From: Candidatus Latescibacterota bacterium | GTDB lineage: Bacteria; Latescibacterota; UBA2968; UBA8231 | Direction of reading: 5' to 3' | Length of the DNA: 64,000 bases | Assembly: GCA_965248265.1 (NCBI GenBank) | Contig: CBDFJF010000002.1 | Span: 1,824,001-1,888,000 of the forward strand | Shown: positions 29,155 to 38,941 of the stretch, piece by piece | How positions within the stretch are numbered: the stretch's first letter is position 1 | Layout of the letters: each line of letters begins with the position of its first letter | The notes under the pieces: generated by a model | Seen by the model: the letters and a program-made list of their open reading frames with translations, nothing else | What the model was told of the DNA's origin: nothing | Databases searched by the model: none | Translations under genes and position numbers: made by a program

Positions 29155-31152
29155 ATGACGACGGGAATGCTCCTGCTCGTCTCAATCACCCTCGCTCTCA
29201 ATGCGCGCGTCGCTTCGGGTGTGACCATCTACCGCATCGGCCAGCCCTTTTCCGAGGCGGAAAGGGATAGCCTGGAGGGGATCGACATTGAGCTCAGGGA
29301 GCTCGGGTGGTCGGAGAACTCGCAGCTGGAGGACGCCCTCGATCCGGACTCGCTACAGGTCGGTATCCTGCAGCCCAATTTCATCGGGGGAGACCACGAT
29401 ATTGCCTCATCGATATTGGACAGAGGCGGCTGGGTGGTCGCGCAGCGGCGGGCTGGCAAAGGTACCTTCGACCAAACACAAGCAAATGCAATGCTCGATC
29501 AGGATCCGAATACGTATTACTCGTGGCCGGCCCAAACTCAGGCGTACCTCGACCTTCGCGCCTCCTGTTGTAACGACCCTTTTGCAGCGTTGCATGTGAA
29601 TTTCGATCTGGGCGGGCGATTCCACATCACGGAAGTGAGATTCCGGACTCTACCGGACAGCACGAACCACTTCGTGGAGCGATTCAGGTTCGGTGCCGGC
29701 GACGAGGTTATCGATTGCTGTAACTGGACCGGGGATCTCCCGCTTGTTGCGGAGGTGAAAGACAATACCGAACCCGAGGTCATCTTGAAGCTCGATCCTG
29801 GGGTGACGACCAACTTCGTTCAGTTGCTGATCATGCGGAAGACGCCCAAGGAGGTCGGGTTGGCTGCGTTCGAGCTGTACGGAGGAGGGTACGCGAAGCA
29901 GGCCTCGTATGAATCCGACGTCATCGAGCTGGACGACATCGCCAGTCTGGGCGAGATCCGCTGGTCTGGACGGCAGGATCCCCGCGCCCAGGTCGCTATC
30001 CGCACCCGGGCAGGCGCCGACGCGCACCCGGTCATTTTCTGGGAGGTCCGCCGCGCGCAGAATGACCTCGTCCCGTTTCTGCTGGGGGGCGGCGACCTGA
30101 GTATGACGGAGTACAAGAGCCAGTATGACAGACTGCCAAATACTGCCAAACCGGACCCCGAGCCGCCCAAGGACCTCGGCGGCTTCGTGGGCGGCGTACG
30201 GGGGGACCCGATTACTCTCGACACGGAGCACTGGAGCTTCTATTCGCGTCCGTATGCGTTCGGGAATCCCGGGGTCCCTGTCGCATCCCCCGGTCCTCGA
30301 AAGTTCGTCCAGATCAGTGTGGATTTTGCCTCCACCACCGTCGCGGAGGGGGGCAAGCTCGACTACATAGAGTTCAAGGCATCGGTACCGCCGTTGGTCC
30401 GCCGCCTGGTAGGTGAGATTCACCCGATCCTGACCCGGGTGGGCGAAGCGACGCAGTTTACGTATTACCTCAGTCCGACGATCCGTTCCGGCGACAGCAG
30501 CTTCGATGGAGTGGAAATCGCGACGCCTTCAGGGGTGGTGTCGGTCGATTCGCTGCGCATAGCCGGGGAAGACCAGGATTTTTCGTGGACCGAACACGAC
30601 GATGGCCTGGGTTTTCAGCTTCTGCTCCCGCGCCGGCTGGAGTCGACGGACAGCGGCACGCTGGTGGAGGTGGTGTTCACCGCTCCCGTACTCAGAGAAG
30701 CAGGCACCCTGTTTGAAGGCAGGGTGTTCGACACGACCCGGCCGCACGAGGTGCGGCAGCGGGTTGTGCCGGGCAATGCCAACGATGAGGTCGAGGGTGA
30801 TCGCCTGTCGGTCAGTACAGCGCTGAGCGAATCGCTGGTGTTTTCACCTCACGTTTCGCCCAATCCGTTCACGCCGAACGGCGACGGGGTGAACGAGACG
30901 GCGAACGTAGCGTACAAGCTGCTGCGGTTGACCTCAGCAGTACCGGTTTCGCTCGAGATCTACGATCTGTCGGGCAGGCTGGTGAGGCGGGTGTATGAGG
31001 GGGAGGATGCGGTGGGTGAGTACAGCCACGCGTGGGACGGCCGGGACGACGGAGACGAGCTCGTGCCGCCTGGGCTGTATCTGTACCGGCTCGTGGTGGA
31101 CGTACAGTCAGGTAAGGAGACCAACAGCGGCGTCGTCGCGGTGGCCTATTGA
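29155..31152 (+). CDS. Secreted FlgD-Ig domain protein, paralog 2
   Basis: Start inferred from the paralog (MTTGMLLLV). Ends SPNPFTPNGDGVNE...WDGRDDGDELVPPGLYLYRL...VAVAY. Confidence 0.88.
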   Translation: MTTGMLLLVSITLALNARVASGVTIYRIGQPFSEAERDSLEGIDIELRELGWSENSQLEDALDPDSLQVGILQPNFIGGDHDIASSILDRGGWVVAQRRAGKGTFDQTQANAMLDQDPNTYYSWPAQTQAYLDLRASCCNDPFAALHVNFDLGGRFHITEVRFRTLPDSTNHFVERFRFGAGDEVIDCCNWTGDLPLVAEVKDNTEPEVILKLDPGVTTNFVQLLIMRKTPKEVGLAAFELYGGGYAKQASYESDVIELDDIASLGEIRWSGRQDPRAQVAIRTRAGADAHPVIFWEVRRAQNDLVPFLLGGGDLSMTEYKSQYDRLPNTAKPDPEPPKDLGGFVGGVRGDPITLDTEHWSFYSRPYAFGNPGVPVASPGPRKFVQISVDFASTTVAEGGKLDYIEFKASVPPLVRRLVGEIHPILTRVGEATQFTYYLSPTIRSGDSSFDGVEIATPSGVVSVDSLRIAGEDQDFSWTEHDDGLGFQLLLPRRLESTDSGTLVEVVFTAPVLREAGTLFEGRVFDTTRPHEVRQRVVPGNANDEVEGDRLSVSTALSESLVFSPHVSPNPFTPNGDGVNETANVAYKLLRLTSAVPVSLEIYDLSGRLVRRVYEGEDAVGEYSHAWDGRDDGDELVPPGLYLYRLVVDVQSGKETNSGVVAVAY

Positions 31153-31239
31153 GGCAAAACAGAGCTCCCCAGCTCCACCCCCGGAGCGCGCGTCAAGGGA
31201 GCAGCACAATCAGATGACAGCCAGATGACAGCGCGGCAC

Positions 31240-31365
31240 GACCGGCGCCGTATGACCAGAAGGTGTCCATCCTGCCATCCATGACGTCGGTGTCGCTCGG
31301 GCGATTGGATCCGGCAGCTAATAATATTCCGCCGCCGAACTCGGCGGCATTGAGGGCGGCGTTGA
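31240..31365 (-). pseudogene. Internal fragment of a probable secreted discoidin/FlgD-family gene
   Basis: NAALNAAEFGGGILLAAGSN...VMDGRMDTFWS resembles the GG...DxDxxTxW segment of the FlgD paralogs. Confidence 0.4.
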
Positions 31366-31379
31366 GCGGCCCCCGCATG

Positions 31380-31415
31380 AAAAAACCTGCAGGCTCAGTA
31401 AGAGACCTGCAGGTT
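31380..31415 (-). terminator. Intrinsic terminator (cassette copy 2)
   Basis: Same hairpin and T-run as 2920..2955. Confidence 0.8.
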
Positions 31416-31466
31416 CAATAGACACGCCGGCGCACGAGAAGGCACGCCTTGGTAAGATCAGGGCGA

Positions 31467-32015
31467 TCAGGGTGTAGCGGCTTTTACCTGTCCCCAGCTT
31501 TCGTTCTCAACCCCCGTTGGTACCGGCATAGGAATCGCCAGAACCACGGGCGATTGCAGCTCTATTCCTTCCGTTTCACCGAGAGCCTGTACGCCCCACC
31601 TCGTCTCCAACCTGTCGCGGGGCTCGACAAGGGCCTCGAGCACTTCAACCTCCGGGGTGGCCTCAACCCTGGTCCAAGGCATCATTTCGATGCTCCGTTC
31701 ATCCTCCACCACGACGATGTCTCCAGGGACGTCGGCACTGGCCTCCAGCCCAACCGTCTTCTCCCGATAGATGCGATATGCGTTGGCCGCGTCGACCCGG
31801 TTCCAGCGGACGAGAATGGAAGTAGCGTCAAGAGTGCTGACCGTCACTTCAGCCGGCGGAGTTATGGCGTTTGTGGAGACAATCGCGTCGACTCCAGGCA
31901 ATATGAGAATAGCTTCGTCGGCAGTGGCCCCGTCGTGATAGAGACACTCGCCCTCGCCTGCCCATACCGCAGCAGCCAGGACGAAGCAGGCTGCAACTGC
32001 AAGTAGAATTTTCAT
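31467..32015 (-). CDS. Secreted 182-aa SWGQVK-motif protein, copy 2
   Basis: Identical to 2320..2868 except for one V-to-A change. Confidence 0.85.
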   Translation of the reverse strand: MKILLAVAACFVLAAAVWAGEGECLYHDGATADEAILILPGVDAIVSTNAITPPAEVTVSTLDATSILVRWNRVDAANAYRIYREKTVGLEASADVPGDIVVVEDERSIEMMPWTRVEATPEVEVLEALVEPRDRLETRWGVQALGETEGIELQSPVVLAIPMPVPTGVENESWGQVKAATP

Positions 32016-32146
32016 AACCGCCTCCTCTGGAAGATGTTGCGAACCTACGTCAAAAGCCGTCGATTCTCAAGTGAAATTCTGAAAAGACGAAACGTGAAGA
32101 TCACTCGGAGACGACTCGGGCACAGGCGTCCACGTCAGCCCCAGGC

Positions 32147-32178
32147 GACGGTTAGGAACGATAAGCGACATTATAGAT
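32147..32178 (-). mobile_element. Minimal oriIS-like end F
   Basis: 32 bp identical to 3495..3526 (ATCTATAATGTCGCTTATCGTTCCTAACCGTC). Confidence 0.75.
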
Positions 32179-32313
32179 GTTACCGTCGATGCGGGGAATC
32201 ATGTCATGGGGGAACTGGAAGATCTTGAACTCAGTGTCGGTGCGTTGCAGGGCCTGACTCGATGAGGTGGTCAACAACCCGGCCATCAGTGCTATACAAA
32301 CTTGCTTGATCAT
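32179..32313 (-). pseudogene. 5' fragment of a secreted (probably PKD-family) gene cut at oriIS F
   Basis: MIKQVCIALMAGLLTTSSSQALQRTDTEFKIFQFPHDMIPRIDGN runs directly into the ori motif. Confidence 0.7.
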
Positions 32314-32377
32314 GCGATCCCCACTCGTATATGTTGATCGAAGGCGTGCACTTGGGTAGCTCTTCTGTAAGGTGTGG

Positions 32378-33829
32378 ATGATGCAGACACAAACCGGACA
32401 AACCATGAGATGGTCCAGAAAGACCGTAATACTTCTGGACATCCTTCTGGTGGTTACCCCCTTTCTGCTGCTGGCAGGCCTCGAGATCTATTTGCGGCAC
32501 ACGCGTTACGGCCTCGATGAAAGGCTGTTCATCCCCGCCGGCCAGACTCGGCATCAACAAAGCTCCACTTCGACGTACCAGCTCAATCAAGAGCTGCACC
32601 ACAAGTATTACCCGGCTGATGATCCAATGGTCAAAAACCTGATCCCCAGGATCAGGATGAAGCAGCTGAAATCAAACGACGATTTTCGCGTTTTCTGCCT
32701 TGGAGGATCGACGACAGGAGGGCCGTTCCCCGCAATACTAAACGAACTATTGATCCGCTCCGAAGTGAATAAAGTTGCAGAAGTCGTGAACCTGGGAATA
32801 ACCACCTTCAACAGCTATCAGGTCCTCGACATCGCCAAAAAGCTTCCCCAATACGATCCGGACCTCCTGATCATATACATGGGGCACAACGAAATCTACG
32901 GACCACTCGGTGTGGGATCGAAAGTGGCGTTGGGCACGTCCCGCGAGGTGATCAACCTGGTTTTGCGATTGCGTGAGTTCAAGATATACCAGCTGGCAAA
33001 CAGCATTTACTCATCGTTGAGAGCTTCTCCCAGTCACTCCGGAAAGGAACGAACCCCGTACAAAAGGATGGTAAACAGCTCTCTCACCCCTCGTCATCCG
33101 CTGCGGGAGCAAGCTATCGAGAATTTCACGGAGAATCTCCATGAGATTCTCTCTATCGCAGACCGTCATCAGATCCCCGTGATTGTCGGGACGATCGTTT
33201 CGAACCTTCGAGATTGGCGCCCGTTCGATTCAGAGCCACCGCCCGATACGCTCGATGTCGCCCGATGGCAACAGCTCTTGGAGAGCGGCAAGGCTGCCTT
33301 TGAGCAAAATCGCCTGGAGGAGGCGAAGCGTATCTATCAGGCCGCGATCGAGCTTTTCCCAGATCACGCCCAGACTCATTTCGATCTGGGTCACGTCTAC
33401 CTTGCCATGGGGCATCGAGACCAGGCTGAGCGATCGTTCACGACAGCAAGGGACCTGGATGTCCTGCCGATCAGAGCCCCCTCGGCGGTCAACGAAACCA
33501 TAAGGCGTGTTGCTGAGGAAGCGGACGTCGTACTAGCTGATTTCGAAGCTGTATTCCAGGATCACCATGCTGACACCGTGATGGGCAAGCCCGTGTTCTT
33601 CGAACACCTGCATCCAACAGTTCCCGGAGATTATCTGATCGCCAGCCATCTGACCAACATCATTATAGATGAGGCGTATCTAGTGGCGAAAAGGAGACTG
33701 GATTTTGATGATCCGTCACTCAAACGAGAATTGCGCATAGACCTGAGCGGAGTGAGCACGGACCGACTCGGACGGATGCTGAGGCTGTGGCCATTCAACA
33801 TCAACAACGCAGGCTATCAATTTCCGTAA
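32378..33829 (+). CDS. Membrane-anchored SGNH/GDSL-like protein with TPR insert
   Basis: N-terminal TM, CLGGSTT, YMGHNE, TPR (AIELFPDHAQTHFDLG) and EHLHP. Visibly lower GC than its neighbours. Confidence 0.85.
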   Translation: MMQTQTGQTMRWSRKTVILLDILLVVTPFLLLAGLEIYLRHTRYGLDERLFIPAGQTRHQQSSTSTYQLNQELHHKYYPADDPMVKNLIPRIRMKQLKSNDDFRVFCLGGSTTGGPFPAILNELLIRSEVNKVAEVVNLGITTFNSYQVLDIAKKLPQYDPDLLIIYMGHNEIYGPLGVGSKVALGTSREVINLVLRLREFKIYQLANSIYSSLRASPSHSGKERTPYKRMVNSSLTPRHPLREQAIENFTENLHEILSIADRHQIPVIVGTIVSNLRDWRPFDSEPPPDTLDVARWQQLLESGKAAFEQNRLEEAKRIYQAAIELFPDHAQTHFDLGHVYLAMGHRDQAERSFTTARDLDVLPIRAPSAVNETIRRVAEEADVVLADFEAVFQDHHADTVMGKPVFFEHLHPTVPGDYLIASHLTNIIIDEAYLVAKRRLDFDDPSLKRELRIDLSGVSTDRLGRMLRLWPFNINNAGYQFP

Positions 33830-33842
33830 GTGGGTCTGCTCT

Positions 33843-35210
33843 CTAGTCGCACAGGCGATAGGAATACAGGTTCGTAGCCTCGATCTCGAAGCGTAATTGT
33901 ACGACCCGCCCCACGAGTTCACTCAGATCGCTTCTTCCGCCCCAATCGATGAGGGCGTCCGTCTCGTCGCCGCAGAAAGGGGTGCAGTCCGTAGCGGCAA
34001 ACCCGGGAATGGACTGGCCTCGTTCATCCTCGATCTGCACTCTGACTCCACCGCCACTCGAGAGCTCTGGATTCGGGCCACTGGTGGCGGCGTTCAGCCG
34101 CAGCTGGCTTCCGTTGCAGTTAAAGGGACGGGTAACGACGGATCCCGGACTCGTGGCGTCGAAGGAGCAGAAGCCATCAAGTCGGAAAGTGGCCAGACCG
34201 ATGCGGCCGTCCTGATCAACGGCCAGTGCGTGGTGGGGCACTGTCAGGCCGCAGTAGTACAGCCAGAGCTGGCCGTCTTTCTCCACCGGCACCGTCGACG
34301 GATAGATCTGCGCCGAATCGAACGCCCCGCCGTGGTACTGATTGGTCTGGACCAGATGCATGAACAGCTTGCGGTCGGCCGTGCGGTCCCAGCTCAGGCC
34401 GTCGCGACTGGACACCACCTGCACATCCAATGTGTGCGGGTAGGTGTGGTAGACCCACAGCAGACCCAGGTACTGGCCGGCGTAGGGAAAGGCCGACAGT
34501 CCGTAGAACTGTGTGTCTGGTGGGTCGAATGCATCAGGCGCCAGCACGAGGCGGCTCTGACCCCAGTGCACGAAGTCGTCGCTGACCATCCGCGCCACCA
34601 GGCGCAGCGGCCGGGAGGGGGTGCGCGCCTTGTGATAGAGCCAGTACTGGCCCGACACCGGATCGCGCATGACGCTGCACGTGTCACCGGTGGCCCGGCG
34701 CGGCACCACCGGGTTCTCATCGCACAGCTTCCAATGCACGCCGTCCGGTGAGAAGGCAGCGTACATCCCGGACCCATCCACCGGCCAGTAGAGCAGCTTG
34801 TACCGCCTGTCGGCGTCGGCGTCCGCATCGTCCTTGAGGACGCAATGGGTCCACGACACGTTCTGGAGCTGGATGTTGTTCGCCGTCGAGCCCTGGAATT
34901 CGACGAAGCCCAGCTCCGGTTTGTCCCAATGGAGGCCGTCGGTCGAGGTCGCGTAGCAGAGGTTGTACCCGGCGTCCGGCTTGTCCCGACTCGGCTGGGA
35001 GTTGTACCACATCTGGAAGCGCTCGTTCTCCTCGTCGTAGACGACCGTTCCGGGCTGCAGAACCACGTAGCCCTCCCAGTCCCGGTCGGCGACGAGTACC
35101 GGGTTGTCCCGGTGTTTGACGGGGTGATGGAGCGAACGCCAGACGTTGTCGGTGTGGGCGACCATGGCATCGTCAGCGAAGATGTGCTTCTCCCTACACC
35201 TTGGACTCAT
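33843..35210 (-). CDS. Beta-propeller GH32/43/130-like protein
   Basis: YATSTDGLHWDKP, DVQVVSSRDG and RLDGFCS. Confidence 0.82.
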   Translation of the reverse strand: MSPRCREKHIFADDAMVAHTDNVWRSLHHPVKHRDNPVLVADRDWEGYVVLQPGTVVYDEENERFQMWYNSQPSRDKPDAGYNLCYATSTDGLHWDKPELGFVEFQGSTANNIQLQNVSWTHCVLKDDADADADRRYKLLYWPVDGSGMYAAFSPDGVHWKLCDENPVVPRRATGDTCSVMRDPVSGQYWLYHKARTPSRPLRLVARMVSDDFVHWGQSRLVLAPDAFDPPDTQFYGLSAFPYAGQYLGLLWVYHTYPHTLDVQVVSSRDGLSWDRTADRKLFMHLVQTNQYHGGAFDSAQIYPSTVPVEKDGQLWLYYCGLTVPHHALAVDQDGRIGLATFRLDGFCSFDATSPGSVVTRPFNCNGSQLRLNAATSGPNPELSSGGGVRVQIEDERGQSIPGFAATDCTPFCGDETDALIDWGGRSDLSELVGRVVQLRFEIEATNLYSYRLCD

Positions 35211-36681
35211 CTCTACCTCGGAGCCGCCTGAACTGCATGCTGTACAGGTCAGCGTCGCTCAGTGCGAAGCGCAGGCGCAGAGGCCTACCGATCAGAGCGC
35301 TGACGTCGCCGGCCCCGTTCCAGGTGACGGTGTGGTCCAGGTAGTCACCGAAGATCTCGTCGCAGTCGCTGAGGCTGTACCCCTTCAGTGCCTTGCCGTC
35401 GGCGTCCTGGATCTCGACGCGGGCGGAGCCGGCGGCGGAGGTGCTGACGTTCAGACTCAGGGCCATCGCCGGGCTCGAGAAGGTGAAGGGCCGGGTGATC
35501 AACTCGCCCCCACGGAGGGGCGCGTTGGCGGCAACGAAGCCGTCCATGCGCAGCGTGAAGCGTCGCAGGCAGGCGACTTCGTTGCTGTAATACGCCTCGC
35601 TGGTGAAAATGGATAGCTCCTTTGGAGCTGTCTCCAGGTGGTTCTTGGTCTCCAGAATGCCCCAGGCCGTCATGTTGTTCCGGGTCTCCCAGCGCTCCCG
35701 CTGAGGCCCGGGGCGTACGAAGGCCTCGTCCCAGCGCTTGAAATGCAGGCCGTCGCGGCTGCTCATGAACACGCCGTCCGACAGGCCGATCGCCATGTTG
35801 CCGACGACGCTGCGATCCGGCATGAGACGCTTCGGGAAGCCGACGTAGATGTGCGGAGCCCGGTAGTAAGGAGTCACCGCGTTGGTGTAGAGATGGTCGA
35901 GGCGCGCCTCACCGTAGTCGAGCAGCTGCCCCTTGGTCCAGCGGCGGTAGTCCTTCGAGGTCGTCGTCATGATCTGGCGATAGCGCACGCCGTCGGGGTA
36001 GATGGAGTCGCGGTAGAATCCGACGTAGCAGCCGCGCTGCCGATCCCAGAAGGTCGTGTTCTGGGAGTCAAAGACGTTGACACCCATCGTGTGATCCATC
36101 ACCGGCTTGTCCGATATCAGGCTCCAGTGCACGCCGTCGGACGATTTCAAGGCGAGGAGGGCCTGCTCCTCGTGGTTGCTGGCGTGCGGGCTGCCCAGGG
36201 CTTTGTACTCCTCGCCCTTGCGGCAGTCCGGGTTGCGGTCGCGAAAGGGAGTGAAGTTCATCGATGCGGGGCCGTCCCAGACGATGTTGTTGCGCGTCGA
36301 GCCCATGTAGCTCACGATGCCCAGCTCCGGCCGGTTCCACTCGATACCGTCACGGCTCTCGGCATAACAGACTACCGGCTTGTAGCCTCCGTCGTGGTAA
36401 TGCGAGCCGCGGTAGTACATGCGAAACAGGTTGCCGACCTGGAACACGGTGTGGTAGCCGCAGGTGTTGCCCTCCCAGGGAGCGTCGTGCTCGATCGCCA
36501 CGTTGCGCGGCACCGGCTTCTGCAGGCGCAGCTCGACGCGGTCGAGCCGATCGATCAGATAGTCATCGACGAACAGCTCGCGCCGGTCGCCGAGCTCGAT
36601 TACGCCAGCCGGGGCGGTTCCCGCACGGGCTTTGCTTGCCGTCGTCTTCTTCTTCGTTTTTGCTGCCTTCCTTTTTGCCAT
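35194..36681 (-). CDS. Beta-propeller GH-like protein with Lys/Ala-rich N-terminal tail
   Basis: MAKRKAAKTKKK..., RELFVDD, YAESRDGIEW, FDSQN and RMDGFVA. Confidence 0.85.
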   Translation of the reverse strand: MAKRKAAKTKKKTTASKARAGTAPAGVIELGDRRELFVDDYLIDRLDRVELRLQKPVPRNVAIEHDAPWEGNTCGYHTVFQVGNLFRMYYRGSHYHDGGYKPVVCYAESRDGIEWNRPELGIVSYMGSTRNNIVWDGPASMNFTPFRDRNPDCRKGEEYKALGSPHASNHEEQALLALKSSDGVHWSLISDKPVMDHTMGVNVFDSQNTTFWDRQRGCYVGFYRDSIYPDGVRYRQIMTTTSKDYRRWTKGQLLDYGEARLDHLYTNAVTPYYRAPHIYVGFPKRLMPDRSVVGNMAIGLSDGVFMSSRDGLHFKRWDEAFVRPGPQRERWETRNNMTAWGILETKNHLETAPKELSIFTSEAYYSNEVACLRRFTLRMDGFVAANAPLRGGELITRPFTFSSPAMALSLNVSTSAAGSARVEIQDADGKALKGYSLSDCDEIFGDYLDHTVTWNGAGDVSALIGRPLRLRFALSDADLYSMQFRRLRGRDESKV

Positions 36682-36785
36682 TCCAGGTTCCTTCCTCACT
36701 CAGGCGTGACTCCGCCGACAAGCTGTGCCGGCATCTGCGAGCGGCTAACGTAGGCCAATGTCGCTGAGTGGACCAGGGAAGGCGC

Positions 36786-38750
36786 TCAGACCTGGGTCAG
36801 GAAGCTGCCAGTGCTGCCGGTGATGTAGTCGACGATCAGGAACAGTCCGGCGGCGACGATCTCACCCAGGATCAGTCCCAAAAAGAGGGGCCGCAGGTTG
36901 CGGTACAGGCGCACGCCTCCGTAGCGCAGGATCAGCAGCTTCAGGATCCAGGCCAGCAGCGCGCTGCAGAAGATGTGGCCCGTCTTCCAGTTGGCGGCGA
37001 TGGCGAACCCGAGCGGGCTGAGCGGCCACCATACGAACTGGTGGCGCGCCCACATGAGCGCTGACATCACGCCCGCGCCGATGCCCATGAACTGCAAGGC
37101 GTCCCAGCGCGGTCCTTCGGGTTCGGCCGTGATGCGCGGCGTCATGTCCATGGGTCCGAAATGGGTGGACTGCCATGAGAAGAACAGGGAATTGAGATTG
37201 ATGCCGCCGTGCTCGTACGCCATGACCAGGGTGACGTAGGAGGAGCCGGCCAGGGTGACGAGGACGGCCACGACAATGGCCCAGAACAGGCGGCGTTTCG
37301 GGCCGTGGATGACCTCACTCATCTTCAGTCCGTTGGCGACCGAGGACATTACGAAGGAGCGAACCTCGGCGTGCCAGCCGTAGGAGAAACCGAGCGCCAT
37401 CAGCCCCGGGGCGCCGATGTTGGCGGTGCCAACTGTCGAGATCACGAAGGTCGAGGTCATCAAGGGCGGACGCATGGTCGGGATGCCGCCCTCGGCCACC
37501 ACCCGGGTCAATCCCAGGAACAGGACCATGGCGCCGAAGACGAACAGCACCGCCACCAGGAAGGGCAGACCGATCATCCACAGCCAGATGGCGACGGCCA
37601 GCAGGCTGCCCAGGAGCCCAAAAAACGCCTGCCGATAGGAGAGGATCTCGCCGCTGTCATCGACCTCCTGTAATCCCCTCACGGCCTTTGCCACTACATC
37701 GCGCAGATGCCGCCGCGCCACCCACAGACCGACGAGGACGAAGGCGATCATCGCCCCGAAGCCCTGGTGGGCCAGGAAGGGATCTTCCCTTGAGTAGAAG
37801 TCGACCCGCTGGGTGCTGAGTATGCCGACCTCGTTGAAGATGCCATGCTGCAGCCTGGCGAGGATGTAGAAGAACCAGATCGAGGCCAGGATGTCGAGGT
37901 TGACGAAATAGAAGAACCCGGTCCAGGGTGGGCTGAAGTAGAAGCTGAGCCTGGTGTTGCCGAGCAGGGGCAGGCCCACGGCGCGCTCGAAGCCCGGAAA
38001 CTCCGGGTAGTAGGAGTGCACGCCGTTGATGGCCAGCAGGAGAAACGAGAAAGCAAACCCCAACCACATCGCTTTGTTGGTGAAGAACGAGCGGCCAACG
38101 GCACCGCCATCCTCGCGCTGGAGCATCTCCATCGGTACCTGCACCAGGGGGTAGGCGAGCTTCTCGTGGTCGACCCACTGCTTGCGCAGGATGACCATGG
38201 TGCAGATCATGGCGAACCCGAGGGCGAGGAAGAAGCCGAACCACAAGCTCAGAGGCACGACCCAGGCTTCCCACGGGATCGAGGCACCCTCGGGCAGCCC
38301 CTCGAAGAAGTAGCGCGCCACCTCGTTGCCCCGCGGGATCATCCACTCGGGTATGTACTGGTTGTAAACCCCGTCCCAGTCGTTCTCGGGTGTGGCGTAG
38401 TAGGTCGACCCGAGGAGGCAGGGGATCATGAACTGGGTGAAGCCCATACCGGGAATGCAGCAGGCCACCACCAGCATGATGTAGATGGTGACCAGCTCAG
38501 AACGGGTCAACGCCAACCAGCGGTGGAGGAGGCCGACAACGCCGTTGGCCAGGACGAGGAGGAAGATGAAGAAGAGGGCAGCCGGGGTGCTGAAGTTCAG
38601 GGTCAGGTAGGAGCCCATGATCGCGTTCGTCGCGTAGGTATCGCATACGCTGAGAACGAGAGACAGCGCTGCCCCGATCAGGATGCCCCGCAGCGGTATC
38701 CCCTGCAGATCCGGCCCGTGTCGTCGGTCCTCCCGAGGAGGCGCCGTCAT
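36786..38750 (-). CDS. DUF6785/DUF6784-like membrane protein
   Basis: 654 aa with the same motifs as 3651..5633. Heads a co-oriented cluster with two GH-like genes. Confidence 0.88.
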   Translation of the reverse strand: MTAPPREDRRHGPDLQGIPLRGILIGAALSLVLSVCDTYATNAIMGSYLTLNFSTPAALFFIFLLVLANGVVGLLHRWLALTRSELVTIYIMLVVACCIPGMGFTQFMIPCLLGSTYYATPENDWDGVYNQYIPEWMIPRGNEVARYFFEGLPEGASIPWEAWVVPLSLWFGFFLALGFAMICTMVILRKQWVDHEKLAYPLVQVPMEMLQREDGGAVGRSFFTNKAMWLGFAFSFLLLAINGVHSYYPEFPGFERAVGLPLLGNTRLSFYFSPPWTGFFYFVNLDILASIWFFYILARLQHGIFNEVGILSTQRVDFYSREDPFLAHQGFGAMIAFVLVGLWVARRHLRDVVAKAVRGLQEVDDSGEILSYRQAFFGLLGSLLAVAIWLWMIGLPFLVAVLFVFGAMVLFLGLTRVVAEGGIPTMRPPLMTSTFVISTVGTANIGAPGLMALGFSYGWHAEVRSFVMSSVANGLKMSEVIHGPKRRLFWAIVVAVLVTLAGSSYVTLVMAYEHGGINLNSLFFSWQSTHFGPMDMTPRITAEPEGPRWDALQFMGIGAGVMSALMWARHQFVWWPLSPLGFAIAANWKTGHIFCSALLAWILKLLILRYGGVRLYRNLRPLFLGLILGEIVAAGLFLIVDYITGSTGSFLTQV

Positions 38751-38941
38751 CTGGGACGTGGCTGGGGGGAGTGCGTCACGAGGTGGCGAGGGATGTACGG
38801 CCGCAACCCAAATTGAGTAAAGCCAGTGTCCATCCCTTCGTCATTCTCCTCTGCGTTCGCCTAATGACGCTACGGTTGGTCTACTACCCCAGTCGAATCT
38901 ACGGGGACCGATCGAGTCCGAGCAACTCTCCCTGCCGCATG

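Larger units (their letters stand above)
31366..32104 (-). repeat. 739-bp cassette, copy 2 (inverted)
   Basis: Reverse complement of 2231..2969. Confidence 0.95.

Noticed and set aside
31211-31232. 11-bp tandem duplication CAGATGACAGC x2
   Set aside because: Two copies only, probably a junction or slippage scar with no supportable function.
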